This document shows positions 9,235 to 18,262 of a stretch of DNA of 48,845 bases, one piece after another; within the stretch, counting starts at the first letter, position 1, and the number at the start of each line of letters is the position of its first letter. The translations under genes were made by a program, and so were the position numbers. The notes beneath the pieces are model-generated. The model made no database searches, had not been told where the DNA came from, and saw only the letters and a list, made by a program, of their open reading frames with translations. Source of the DNA: Elusimicrobiota bacterium (lineage in GTDB: Bacteria > Elusimicrobiota > Elusimicrobia > Elusimicrobiales > UBA9959); the NCBI GenBank assembly GCA_027340875.1, contig DAIENX010000055.1, positions 1 through 48,845 on the forward strand, given 5' to 3'.

Positions 9235-9977
9235 AGCCTCTCGAGGGAAAGACGGCGCTGGTGACCGGGGCGGCGCGCGGTATAGGCCTGGAGATAGCCT
9301 CAGCTTTCGCCGCGGCCGGCGCCTCCGTGGCCGTAGCCGACCTCTCCGCCGAAGAGAGCACGAAGGCGGCGGCCGACATAGCGGCCAGGTTCGGCGTACG
9401 GGCCGTTGGCATGGCGCTGAACGTTTCCAGCGAGCAGGACTGCGACAGGGCGGTGGAAGAGACCGCCAAGGCCCTGGGCAAGCTGGACATACTCGTCAAC
9501 AACGCTGGCATCACCAAGGACAACCTGGTCCTACGCATGAAGGAAACGGATTTTGACGCGGTTATCGACGTTAACCTCAAGGGCTCGTTCCTGATGTCGA
9601 AGGCCGCCGCGAAGCTGATGCTGAAGGCCCGCTGCGGCCGCATTATAAACATCTCCTCGGTCGTGGGGCAGAGCGGCCAGGCCGGCCAGGCCAACTACTC
9701 GGCCTCCAAGGCCGGCCTGATCGGCCTCACCAAGTCTCTGGCCAGGGAATTCGCTCCCAGGCAGGTCCTGGTCAACGCCGTCGCCCCTGGCTTCATCCGC
9801 ACGCGCATGACCGAGACGCTGAAGGACGAGGCAAAAGCCAAGATCTCGGAGATGATACCGCTGGGCCGCATGGGCGAGCCCGGAGAGGTCGCGAAAGCAG
9901 TGCTGTTCCTGGCCGGCGGAGATTCCGACTACATCACCGGCCAGGTGCTCGCCGTCAACGGCGGGCTATACATGTGA
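9231..9977 (+). CDS. fabG: 3-oxoacyl-ACP reductase
   Basis: TGAARGIG, NNAGITKD, YSASK, VAPGFI, VNGGLYM; lies between plsX and acpP. Confidence 0.95.
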   Translation: MKPLEGKTALVTGAARGIGLEIASAFAAAGASVAVADLSAEESTKAAADIAARFGVRAVGMALNVSSEQDCDRAVEETAKALGKLDILVNNAGITKDNLVLRMKETDFDAVIDVNLKGSFLMSKAAAKLMLKARCGRIINISSVVGQSGQAGQANYSASKAGLIGLTKSLAREFAPRQVLVNAVAPGFIRTRMTETLKDEAKAKISEMIPLGRMGEPGEVAKAVLFLAGGDSDYITGQVLAVNGGLYM

Positions 9978-10010
9978 GACAGATCCGCAAATAATCAGGA
10001 GGGTACCGCA

Positions 10011-10259
10011 ATGGCAGTTACCGATAACCTTGAAGAGAGAGTGAAGAAGATAATCACCGAGCAGCTGGCCGCCGACGCGGCCGAGGTCACCCCGCAGGCC
10101 CAGTTCGTGCAGGACCTCGGCGCGGACTCCCTCGACACCGTCGAGCTGGTGATGGCCCTCGAGGAAGAGTTCGACATCGAGATACCCGACGAGGACGCCG
10201 AGAAGATCAAGACCGTCGGCGAGGCTATAAACTACATCAAGGAAAAAGCCGGCAAGTAA
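10011..10259 (+). CDS. acpP: Acyl carrier protein
   Basis: [40 protein letters not shown]. Confidence 0.97.
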   Translation: MAVTDNLEERVKKIITEQLAADAAEVTPQAQFVQDLGADSLDTVELVMALEEEFDIEIPDEDAEKIKTVGEAINYIKEKAGK

Positions 10260-10272
10260 GCCAGCTTTTCCC

Positions 10273-10959
10273 ATGTCCTCCCTGGAAGAGGTGATCGGCT
10301 ACAGGTTCAGGGACGGAGTACTGCTGGAGGAGGCCCTCACGCACAAGTCGCACGCGACTGAGTGCGGGGGGGTCCGCCATAACGAGAGGCTCGAATTCCT
10401 CGGCGACAGCGTACTCGGCCTGGTCGTATCCTATTATCTATTCCTCAAGAACCCCTCGGAAGACGAGGGGTTCCTTTCCAAGACCAAGTCCGCCATCGTC
10501 TCCCGCGCCAACCTGGCCCGCTGGGCCGGCGAGCTCAAGCTGGGCCAGCACATCCGCCTGGGCGCCGGAGAGCATCTCAGCGGCGGCGCCAAGCGCCAGA
10601 GCATACTCGCGAACGCCATCGAGGCCGTTCTCGGCGCCGTCTACCTGGACGGCGGCCTCGGACCGGTGGAGAAGATAGTGATACCCTGGCTCGAGTCCCA
10701 GGGTCCGGAGAGCCTGGACGCCGACTACAAGAGCGCCCTGCAGGAAGAGATACAGAAGCTCCACAAGCGGCCGCCGGACTACGAGCTCGTCAGCGAGGCG
10801 GGCCCCGAGCACGCCAAGCTTTTCACCGTAAGGGTCTATCTGGGGAAGAAGACCCTCGGCCTCGGCTCGGGCAAGAACAAGAAGGAAGCCCAGCAGGCGG
10901 CCGCCAGGAACGCGCTGGACTACCTGGCCACCCACGAGATACGGCGCGGCGATATCTAG
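10273..10959 (+). CDS. rnc: Ribonuclease III
   Basis: ALTHKS, NERLEFLGDSVL, EAVLGAVYLDGG; dsRBD DYKSALQE...GPEH...GKNKKEAQQAAA. Confidence 0.96.
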   Translation: MSSLEEVIGYRFRDGVLLEEALTHKSHATECGGVRHNERLEFLGDSVLGLVVSYYLFLKNPSEDEGFLSKTKSAIVSRANLARWAGELKLGQHIRLGAGEHLSGGAKRQSILANAIEAVLGAVYLDGGLGPVEKIVIPWLESQGPESLDADYKSALQEEIQKLHKRPPDYELVSEAGPEHAKLFTVRVYLGKKTLGLGSGKNKKEAQQAAARNALDYLATHEIRRGDI

Positions 10960-10995
10960 CGCGCCTCTGCGGGGGACCGGCAGGAGGAAGGGACC

Positions 10996-11337
10996 ATGCA
11001 AGCTAAGCGCATAAAGACGCGAAAGGACTTCGACGCGGAGGTGGGGAAAGGCCCCAGACTGGCTCTGTTCTACTCATCCTGGTGCCCGTTCTGTTCCTCC
11101 TTTATCCCTTATTTCGACTCCCTGAGCTGCGGTCCGGAAGGCTGCCTTATCAAGGTCTGCACCGACGACATCCCGGAGCTGGAGGACCTCTTCGCGATAG
11201 AGGTGGTCCCGACCGTCATCTACTTCTCCTCAGGCAAGCCGGCGGCAAGGCTTGACGGCGAGCTGGGAAGGGGGCTCACGGGGGAGAAGCTCAGGGCCTT
11301 CGCGGAGCGCCATCTGCCGGGGAAAGGCGGGAAATGA
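10996..11337 (+). CDS. Thioredoxin-family protein
   Basis: FYSSWCPFC CxxC motif and VVPT cis-Pro motif; 113 aa. Confidence 0.85.
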   Translation: MQAKRIKTRKDFDAEVGKGPRLALFYSSWCPFCSSFIPYFDSLSCGPEGCLIKVCTDDIPELEDLFAIEVVPTVIYFSSGKPAARLDGELGRGLTGEKLRAFAERHLPGKGGK

Positions 11338-12386
11338 CGGCAGCCGTCTGCCTGCTCCTGCTGCTCCCGCTCAGGGCCGGCGCCGCCGCCCCCGACGATG
11401 GCAGAGCGGATGCCGCCGCCGCGGCGGGACTCCGCCTCGAAGGCCCCGCTCTGGTACAGATAGAAGGCTTCACCGGACCGGACGGCGACGTCCCCTGCCG
11501 CCCCCGCTCATTCTCCAACACCTGGCATTACAAGTTCCGCTCCGGAGGCGAATGGCTGACGGTGGACGCCTGCGGCTCCGACGTGATAAACGTCTCGCGC
11601 GACCTGTCGGGGGGAGGGCCTTCGGAAAAGCTCCCCTACCGCCTTGCCGCGCCGTCAAAGGTCCTGAAGAAGCTTGCCGCCGACGGAGTTTTCACCGCCG
11701 AGGCGGACCCCTACGGCCGGAGCGTGCTGATGCGGGCCGCGGTGCAGCCCGCGAAGGACGGCCGCCCCGCGGGCTGCTACTGGCACGTCTCACAGGGCAA
11801 GGCCGAAGCCCTGGCCGACTGCGCCGGGGAAAGGACATGGAAGATAACGGCGGCCCCTCCGAAGGCCCGGGCGGCAGGAGCCGCTTCGGGCGACGCCGTA
11901 AAGGGCAGGGACACGGCCGGCAGGTACTCGGCCAAGGCCGTAGAGGCCATCCGAAAGCAGGTCCCGGACGCCCGGCTTATGTTCGTCGAGGCGCTGGTGG
12001 ACAGGACCGGGAGCGCCAAGTGCATGGCGCCCGAGGACGGCTGGAGCTTCGTTTTCGCCTCCCGCTCCATGGCCTCGCAGCAGGCCTTCGGCGGCTGCGC
12101 CGGGAAGACCGCGTCCCAGTACGTGACCTTCGACGGGAAGGGAACATCGGAAATGGCCCGCCTCGAACCGGTCTCGCTGCCGTTCAAGGACAGCGACTAC
12201 GCCCTCTCCAAACTGCCGAAGGACGTCCTGAAGGGATATTCCACCATCTCGATGAAGCTGAAGAACTTCAAGCCGGCCTACGCTCCGGTGACGGGCCACT
12301 CACAGGTCTGGATGATAGACTGCGGCTCGCTCCGCTACCTGGTCGACGCCCGGACCGGCAGCTACCTGGGGACCGCGGGAAAATAG
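11334..12386 (+). CDS. Secreted Cys-containing hypothetical protein with internal duplication (PepSY-like ends)
   Basis: Signal peptide; two similar halves; C-terminal VWMID...YLVDARTGSYLG resembles the PepSY motif; ATGA overlap with the upstream gene. Confidence 0.65.
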   Translation: MTAAVCLLLLLPLRAGAAAPDDGRADAAAAAGLRLEGPALVQIEGFTGPDGDVPCRPRSFSNTWHYKFRSGGEWLTVDACGSDVINVSRDLSGGGPSEKLPYRLAAPSKVLKKLAADGVFTAEADPYGRSVLMRAAVQPAKDGRPAGCYWHVSQGKAEALADCAGERTWKITAAPPKARAAGAASGDAVKGRDTAGRYSAKAVEAIRKQVPDARLMFVEALVDRTGSAKCMAPEDGWSFVFASRSMASQQAFGGCAGKTASQYVTFDGKGTSEMARLEPVSLPFKDSDYALSKLPKDVLKGYSTISMKLKNFKPAYAPVTGHSQVWMIDCGSLRYLVDARTGSYLGTAGK

Positions 12387-12405
12387 GCGGCGCAGAGGGG
12401 AACAT

Positions 12406-13158
12406 ATGCCAAGAACTAACGATCGGGACTCGCGGGCCAGGCTGGCGGAGGTCGTCTCGCTGGTAGCCAAACGCACCGGCCAGCGCCGCTCCACTATAGC
12501 GATATTCGACCTCGACGGGACCCTCTTCGACAACAGGACCCGCACGATGTTCATCCTGCGCGAGATCTCGGAGAAGTTCGACGCCAAATGCCCGTCGCTT
12601 TCGTCCGCGTTCACGCGCTTCCAGGACCTTTCTGTTATAGACTACAGCCTCGACGTGACGCTGCGCCGCCTGCGCGTCACGTCCCCGGCCGAAGTCCGCC
12701 TCATCAAGCAGGAGTGGGCCCGCCGCTTCTTCTCCGACGAATACCAGAAATACGACATGCCGCTGCCGGGCGCCAAGGCCTACGTCGAAAAGGTCCACCG
12801 AGCCGGGGCCACGGTCATCTATCTTACTGGGCGCGACGTGGGCCGCATGCTGGTCGGCACCACCGAGGTCCTGCGCCTCTACGGCTTCCCGGTGGGAGTA
12901 GCGGGCACGATGACCATAGTGAAGAAGGAGTTCGAGCAGGACGACGAGCTCTTCAAGAAGGAAGTAAGCGGCTATATCGACCGCCTCGGCGAGGTCGTAG
13001 CCGTGTTCGAGAACGAGCCCGCGAACTCCAACATCCTGCAGGCGCGCTTCCCGGGCGCCGCGTCCTTCTTCGTCGAGACGCAGCACCGCCCCGGGGCTCC
13101 ACGACTGAACCCGGGCATACGCCGGATCGGCGACTTCCTCGCCCCTGGCCGCCGATGA
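12406..13158 (+). CDS. HAD-superfamily hydrolase
   Basis: IFDLDGTLFD (motif I), YLTGR (motif II), LFKK, VFENEPAN. Confidence 0.85.
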   Translation: MPRTNDRDSRARLAEVVSLVAKRTGQRRSTIAIFDLDGTLFDNRTRTMFILREISEKFDAKCPSLSSAFTRFQDLSVIDYSLDVTLRRLRVTSPAEVRLIKQEWARRFFSDEYQKYDMPLPGAKAYVEKVHRAGATVIYLTGRDVGRMLVGTTEVLRLYGFPVGVAGTMTIVKKEFEQDDELFKKEVSGYIDRLGEVVAVFENEPANSNILQARFPGAASFFVETQHRPGAPRLNPGIRRIGDFLAPGRR

Positions 13159-13853
13159 ACGTCAGGATCATCCTGGTCAGGCCCAGGAACCCGGACAATA
13201 TAGGCGCGGCCGCCCGCGCGATGGCCAACTTCGGCCTGAAAGAGCTGGCGCTGGTGCAGGCCTTCCCCAACGACTGGGGAGAGGCCGCCAGGACCTGGCG
13301 CCAGGAGGCCTCTGTCTCGGCGATAGGAGCGATGGACGTGGTGGGCGCCGCCCGTCTCTGCTCCTCCATTCCTGAAGCGGCCGAAGGGTGCGACCTCCTG
13401 CTGGGGACCTCGTCGCTGCATTTCATAAACCCCGAACGGGACGTGCTCCTGCTGAAGGACGCGGCCGCCTACGCCGGACGGCGCGGCGCCGCGCGCATCG
13501 GGCTGCTGTTCGGGGGGGAAAAGACCGGCCTGGGCAGGGACGACCTCTCCCACTGCAGCGCCGTGATCGCCATTCCGACCCTTCCGGCCCAGCCGTCGAT
13601 GAACCTCGGGCAGGCGGTGGCCGTGGCCTGCTACGAGCTGGCCGCCCGCGCCGCCGGCAGGCCGCTCCGCGGCCGCAGGGCGCATCCGCCGGCCCCGCCC
13701 GCGGAGATCGCCAGGATGGCGGAACTCATCGCCGGCACGCTGGGGGGGCACTGGAAAGGCAAGGCCCAGCTGCGCGAGATCCGTCAGGCGCTGCTGGACG
13801 CCCGCCTGACCAAGGGCGCGATGACGGCGCTCCGCCGGCTGCTCGCCCGCTGA
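13155..13853 (+). CDS. SPOUT RNA methyltransferase, TrmJ/LasT family
   Basis: IILVRPRNPDNIGAAARAMANFG, LLFGGEKTGL, IPT...SMNLGQAV; start ATG 13155 overlaps the HAD stop. Confidence 0.9.
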   Translation: MNVRIILVRPRNPDNIGAAARAMANFGLKELALVQAFPNDWGEAARTWRQEASVSAIGAMDVVGAARLCSSIPEAAEGCDLLLGTSSLHFINPERDVLLLKDAAAYAGRRGAARIGLLFGGEKTGLGRDDLSHCSAVIAIPTLPAQPSMNLGQAVAVACYELAARAAGRPLRGRRAHPPAPPAEIARMAELIAGTLGGHWKGKAQLREIRQALLDARLTKGAMTALRRLLAR

Positions 13854-13869
13854 CCTCCTACTGTTGTCC

Positions 13870-13928
13870 ATAGTCAATCCGGCCGTTGACTATAGGCAAT
13901 TTACAAATTATCTATATTTGTATAGAAT
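13870..13928 (+). promoter_or_regulatory. nuo operon promoter with two inverted repeats
   Basis: TTTACA (13900-13905), 17 nt, TAGAAT (13923-13928). Inverted repeats ATAGTCAA-N8-TTGACTAT (13870-13893) and TACAAAT-N7-ATTTGTA (13902-13922). Confidence 0.65.
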
Positions 13929-13935
13929 TTTAATA

Positions 13936-14289
13936 ATGCGCGAATATCTGGCGGTTCTAATGGCGGCGGGTTTCGGCCTCGCCGTGGCGGCCGGGATGGT
14001 GGCCGTGTCCATCCTCTTCGGCTCCAAGAAGCGCACCCCCGTCAAGCAGGAGCCGTTCGAATGCGGCATGCCGTCAGCCACCGAGCCGCGCGGCCTGGCC
14101 AGGGTCAACTTCTACCTGGTGGCCGTCCTGTTCGTGATGTTCGACCTCGAGATCGTCTTCCTCTACCCGTGGGCGGTCTCTTTCCGCGGCCTCGGCCACG
14201 GCGCGTTCTTCGCCATGGCCGGCTTCCTGCGCGTGCTCTTCGCCGGGCTGGCCTACGCCTGGAAGAAAGGAGCGCTCGAATGGGATTAG
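13936..14289 (+). CDS. nuoA: NADH-quinone oxidoreductase subunit A
   Basis: PFECG, FYLVAVLFVMFDLEIVFLYPWA, YAWKKGALEW. Confidence 0.95.
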   Translation: MREYLAVLMAAGFGLAVAAGMVAVSILFGSKKRTPVKQEPFECGMPSATEPRGLARVNFYLVAVLFVMFDLEIVFLYPWAVSFRGLGHGAFFAMAGFLRVLFAGLAYAWKKGALEWD

Positions 14290-14765
14290 AGACGCTTTTC
14301 GGCCAGTCCTACCTGACGACTCGCCTCGACGAGGCCGTCAACTGGGCCCGCAAGTATTCCTTCTTCCAGTACCCTTTCGTCACCGCCTGCTGCGGCATGG
14401 AGTTCATGTCCGTCTGGGCCTCCACCTACGACATCGCGCGCTTCGGGGCGGAGTACCCGCGCTTCTCCCCGCGCCAGGCCGACGTGCTGTTCGTGGTCGG
14501 CACCGTGAACGAGAAGCTGGCCCCGGTGCTCAAGCGCGTCTACGACCAGATGTGCGAGCCGAAATGGGTCGTCTCCTTCGGAGTCTGCGCCACCTCCGGC
14601 GGCTTCTACGATAACTACGCCACCGTGCAGGGCATAGACAAGATCATCCCTGTGGACATCTATATCCCCGGCTGCCCTCCGCGCCCCGAGGCCGTGCTCG
14701 ACGGCCTGCTCAAGCTCCAGCAGAAGGTCTCCAAGGAGTCGGTCCTGGACCGCAAATACAGATGA
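14280..14765 (+). CDS. nuoB: NADH-quinone oxidoreductase subunit B
   Basis: TACCGMEF, SPRQAD, GVCATSGG, IPGCPPRPE. Confidence 0.96.
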   Translation: MGLETLFGQSYLTTRLDEAVNWARKYSFFQYPFVTACCGMEFMSVWASTYDIARFGAEYPRFSPRQADVLFVVGTVNEKLAPVLKRVYDQMCEPKWVVSFGVCATSGGFYDNYATVQGIDKIIPVDIYIPGCPPRPEAVLDGLLKLQQKVSKESVLDRKYR

Positions 14766-15235
14766 ACAGCTACCTGCTCGACGAGATAAAGACGAAGTTC
14801 CCGCAGGACGTGCTGGAGACCCATTCCTTCCGCGGCGACGAGACGGCCGTGGTGCGCCGCGAGGCCCTGGCGGAAGTGGCGCAGTTCCTGCGCGACGGAC
14901 TGGGCTTCGACATCCTGATGGACCTGACCGCGGTGGACAATCTGCCCCGCGAGCCGCGCTACGAGCTGGTCTGCCATTTCTACTCCACCGGGCACAACTA
15001 CCGCCTGCGCCTGAAGTGCCCCGTGCCGGCCGACAACCCCTCCGTGAAGTCCCTGACGGGGATCTGGCCCGGGGCGAACTGGCTGGAGCGCGAGGTGTAC
15101 GACATGTTCGGGCTGAATTTCGAGGGCCATCCCGACCTGAGGCGCATACTGATGTACGACGGCTTCGAGGGACATCCCCTCAGGAAGGATTACCCGCTGA
15201 AGAAGAGGCAGCCGCGCATAGCGCACCGGGACTGA
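14762..15235 (+). CDS. nuoC: NADH-quinone oxidoreductase subunit C
   Basis: ANWLEREVYDMFG...GHPDLRRIL...GHPLRKDYP. Confidence 0.96.
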   Translation: MNSYLLDEIKTKFPQDVLETHSFRGDETAVVRREALAEVAQFLRDGLGFDILMDLTAVDNLPREPRYELVCHFYSTGHNYRLRLKCPVPADNPSVKSLTGIWPGANWLEREVYDMFGLNFEGHPDLRRILMYDGFEGHPLRKDYPLKKRQPRIAHRD

Positions 15236-15259
15236 CCCCGGAAGTAAGGCAAGAAAAGG

Positions 15260-16477
15260 ATGCAGACCAAACACCACGACCTCCCCAAGAACTGGGAACT
15301 GGAAAAGCTCGAGGATGGGCGCCTGGCGCTCAACATGGGGCCGTCCCACCCGGCGATGCACGGCATCGTCCGCGTGCTGCTGACCGTCCAGGGCGAGCGC
15401 GTCGCCGGCAGCGACATCGAGATAGGCTACCTTCACCGCGGCTTCGAGAAGACCTGCGAGAACGTCACCTGGAACCAGTGCGTGCCGTACACCGACCGCC
15501 TGAACTACGTCTCGCCCTTCATCAACAACGCCGCCTTCGCGCTGGCCGTGGAAAAGCTGATGGGGATAGAGGCCACGCCGCGCTGCCAGTACATCCGGGT
15601 GATAATGAGCGAGCTCTCCCGCATCACCGACCACCTCACCTGCATCGGCGCCAACGCGATGGAGCTCGGCGCCTTCACCGTCTATTTCTATCTCATCAAC
15701 GCCAGGGAGGCGCTCTACAAGCTGACCGATTCCGTGGCCGGCGGCCGCGTCACGCCCGCCTACGCCCGCGTCGGCGGCCTCACGCGGGACCTCCCGCCGG
15801 ATTTCAGGCAGAGGACCGAGGAGGTCTTCAAGGTCCTGCGCAAGACCCTGGACGACGCCGACAGGCTGCTGACCCGCAACCGCATCTTCTACGACAGGCT
15901 GCACGGCACCGGGATCGTCTCCAAGGAGGACGCGCTGGCCCATTCGTTCACCGGCCCGGTCCTGCGCTCCACCGGCGTCCCGCTGGACGTGCGCAAAGCG
16001 ACGCCCTACCTGGTCTACGACCGCTTCGATTTCGACGTCCCCGTCGGCTCCAACGGCGACAATTACGACCGCTACCTGGTCCGCATGGAGGAGATGCGCC
16101 AGAGCATGCGCATAACGGAACAGGCGCTGGCCCAGTTGCCGGAAGGCCCGATCAACCTGCCGGACTTCGGCGTAACGCTGCCCCCCAAGGAGCAGGTCTA
16201 CGGCAACATAGAGGCGCTGATGGCGCATTTCAAGCTCACGTTCGAGGGCGTAAAGCCCCCGGCGGGCGAGATCTACCAGGCGGTGGAGGGCGGCAACGGC
16301 GAGCTCGGCTTCTACATCGTGAGCGACGGCACCGGCAACCCGTGGCGCGTGCGCGTCCGCCCGCCCTGCTTCACGCTCACGGGCGGCCTCTCGAAGATGA
16401 TCGAGGGCGGCTACATAGCGGACATCATCGCGACCTTCGGGCAGATCAACATGATCGGCGGGGAGCTGGAGCGCTGA
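15260..16477 (+). CDS. nuoD: NADH-quinone oxidoreductase subunit D
   Basis: NMGPSHPAMHG, GYLHRGFEK, DRLNY, GELGFY, RVRPP. Confidence 0.96.
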   Translation: MQTKHHDLPKNWELEKLEDGRLALNMGPSHPAMHGIVRVLLTVQGERVAGSDIEIGYLHRGFEKTCENVTWNQCVPYTDRLNYVSPFINNAAFALAVEKLMGIEATPRCQYIRVIMSELSRITDHLTCIGANAMELGAFTVYFYLINAREALYKLTDSVAGGRVTPAYARVGGLTRDLPPDFRQRTEEVFKVLRKTLDDADRLLTRNRIFYDRLHGTGIVSKEDALAHSFTGPVLRSTGVPLDVRKATPYLVYDRFDFDVPVGSNGDNYDRYLVRMEEMRQSMRITEQALAQLPEGPINLPDFGVTLPPKEQVYGNIEALMAHFKLTFEGVKPPAGEIYQAVEGGNGELGFYIVSDGTGNPWRVRVRPPCFTLTGGLSKMIEGGYIADIIATFGQINMIGGELER

Positions 16478-16479
16478 CG

Positions 16480-16980
16480 ATGGCTTTCAAGCTGACGAAA
16501 GAGTTCAAGGAAAAGGCGGACGCTATCTGCGCCCGCTTCCCGCGGCGCGACGCCGCGCTGATCCCGCTGCTCCACGAGGTGCAGAAGGAGGCCGGCTACG
16601 TGGCCGAGGAGGCGATGGACGAACTGGCGGCCCTGCTCGGGCTGCCCTACTCCCGCGTAAAGGCCGTCGTCACGTTCTACACGATGTTCAACCGCGAGCC
16701 CGTGGGGAAGTACCACCTGCAGCTCTGCCGCAACATCTCCTGCCACATGGCGGGAGCTCCGGACCTGCTGAAGCACCTGAAGGGAACCCTGGGCATCGGG
16801 GAGGGGGAGACCACTCCCGACGGGCTTTTCACGCTGTCCACCGCCGAGTGCCTGGGCGCCTGCGGGACGGCCCCGGTGATGCAGGTGAACGATAAATATT
16901 TCGAGAACCTCGACGTTAAGAAGCTGGACGCGCTGCTCGACGATCTTAAGCACGGCCGCATGAGGGCCTCCGGCCTCTGA
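16480..16980 (+). CDS. nuoE: NADH-quinone oxidoreductase subunit E
   Basis: [23 protein letters not shown] ([2Fe-2S] N1a ligands). Confidence 0.95.
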   Translation: MAFKLTKEFKEKADAICARFPRRDAALIPLLHEVQKEAGYVAEEAMDELAALLGLPYSRVKAVVTFYTMFNREPVGKYHLQLCRNISCHMAGAPDLLKHLKGTLGIGEGETTPDGLFTLSTAECLGACGTAPVMQVNDKYFENLDVKKLDALLDDLKHGRMRASGL

Positions 16981-16996
16981 GGCGCGCCGCATTGCA

Positions 16997-18262
16997 ATGG
17001 AAAATATCCTCCTGAAAGACAACGTAGCCGGCATCGAGGCCTATTTCGCCTCCGGGGGCTACAAATCCCTTAAGAAGGCGCTGGGCCTGGGCCAGGCCGC
17101 CGTCATCGACGAGGTAAAGAAGTCCAACCTGCGCGGCCGCGGCGGCGCGGGCTTTCCCACCGGCCTCAAGTGGTCGTTCATCCCGAAGGACGCGCAGGGG
17201 CCGCGCTACCTGGTCTGCAACGCCGACGAAGGCGAACCCGGCACCTTCAAGGACCGGGAGCTGATAAGGAAGAACCCCCACGCGCTGATAGAGGGCATGG
17301 CGATAGCCGCCTACGCGATCGGCGCCGCCTCGGGCTATATCTATATCCGCGGCGAGTTCGCCGAGGAGGCCGGGATACTGGAGCAGGCGATAGCCGCCGC
17401 CAGGCAGAAGGGCTTCATCGGCAGGAACCTGCTGGGTTCCGGCTTCGATTTCGAGCTGTACGTGCACCGCGGCGCGGGCGCCTACATCTGCGGCGAGGAG
17501 ACCGCCCTGCTGGAGTCCCTAGAGGGCTTCAAGGGCCAGCCGAGGCTGAAGCCGCCGTTCCCGGCCGTGAAGGGACTGTTCGCCAGCCCGACAGTCGTGA
17601 ACAACGTCGAGACCCTCGCGGCCGTCCCGGCCATCATCGAGAAAGGCGGGGACTGGTACGCCGCCATCGGCGTGGGCAAGAGCTCGGGCACCAAGCTTTT
17701 CTGCGTCAGCGGCCCGGTGAACAAGCCCGGCGTCTACGAGCTGCCTCTCGGCGTGGCGTTCCGGGACCTGCTCGAGAAGACCTGCGGCGGCCTGAAGCCG
17801 GGCAGGAAACTGAAGGCGGTCATTCCCGGCGGGTCCTCCACGCCGGTGCTCACCGCCGAAGAGGCCATGGGCGTGGCCCTGGACTACGAATCTCTCGCCG
17901 CGGCCGGCACGATGCTCGGCTCCGGCGCCGTGATAGTCATAGACGACACCCAGTGCATGGTGAAGCTGCTGCAGGTGCTGGCGCGCTTCTACCACCACGA
18001 GTCCTGCGGCCAGTGCACCCCGTGCCGCGAGGGCTGCGGCTGGATAGAGAGGATCATGAACCGGCTGGAGGCGGGCAAGGGTTCTCCGGCGGACATCGAC
18101 ACGCTCTACTCCGTGGCCGAGAACATGATGGGGCGCACGATCTGCCCGCTCGCCGACGCGATGGCGATGCCCGTGATGAGCTTTGTAAAGAAATTCCGTC
18201 CGGAGTTCGAGGCCCACGCCGCCGGGAAATGCTGCCCGCCGGAAGAGCCCGCTAAACACTGA
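16997..18262 (+). CDS. nuoF: NADH-quinone oxidoreductase subunit F
   Basis: [45 protein letters not shown]. Confidence 0.97.
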   Translation: MENILLKDNVAGIEAYFASGGYKSLKKALGLGQAAVIDEVKKSNLRGRGGAGFPTGLKWSFIPKDAQGPRYLVCNADEGEPGTFKDRELIRKNPHALIEGMAIAAYAIGAASGYIYIRGEFAEEAGILEQAIAAARQKGFIGRNLLGSGFDFELYVHRGAGAYICGEETALLESLEGFKGQPRLKPPFPAVKGLFASPTVVNNVETLAAVPAIIEKGGDWYAAIGVGKSSGTKLFCVSGPVNKPGVYELPLGVAFRDLLEKTCGGLKPGRKLKAVIPGGSSTPVLTAEEAMGVALDYESLAAAGTMLGSGAVIVIDDTQCMVKLLQVLARFYHHESCGQCTPCREGCGWIERIMNRLEAGKGSPADIDTLYSVAENMMGRTICPLADAMAMPVMSFVKKFRPEFEAHAAGKCCPPEEPAKH

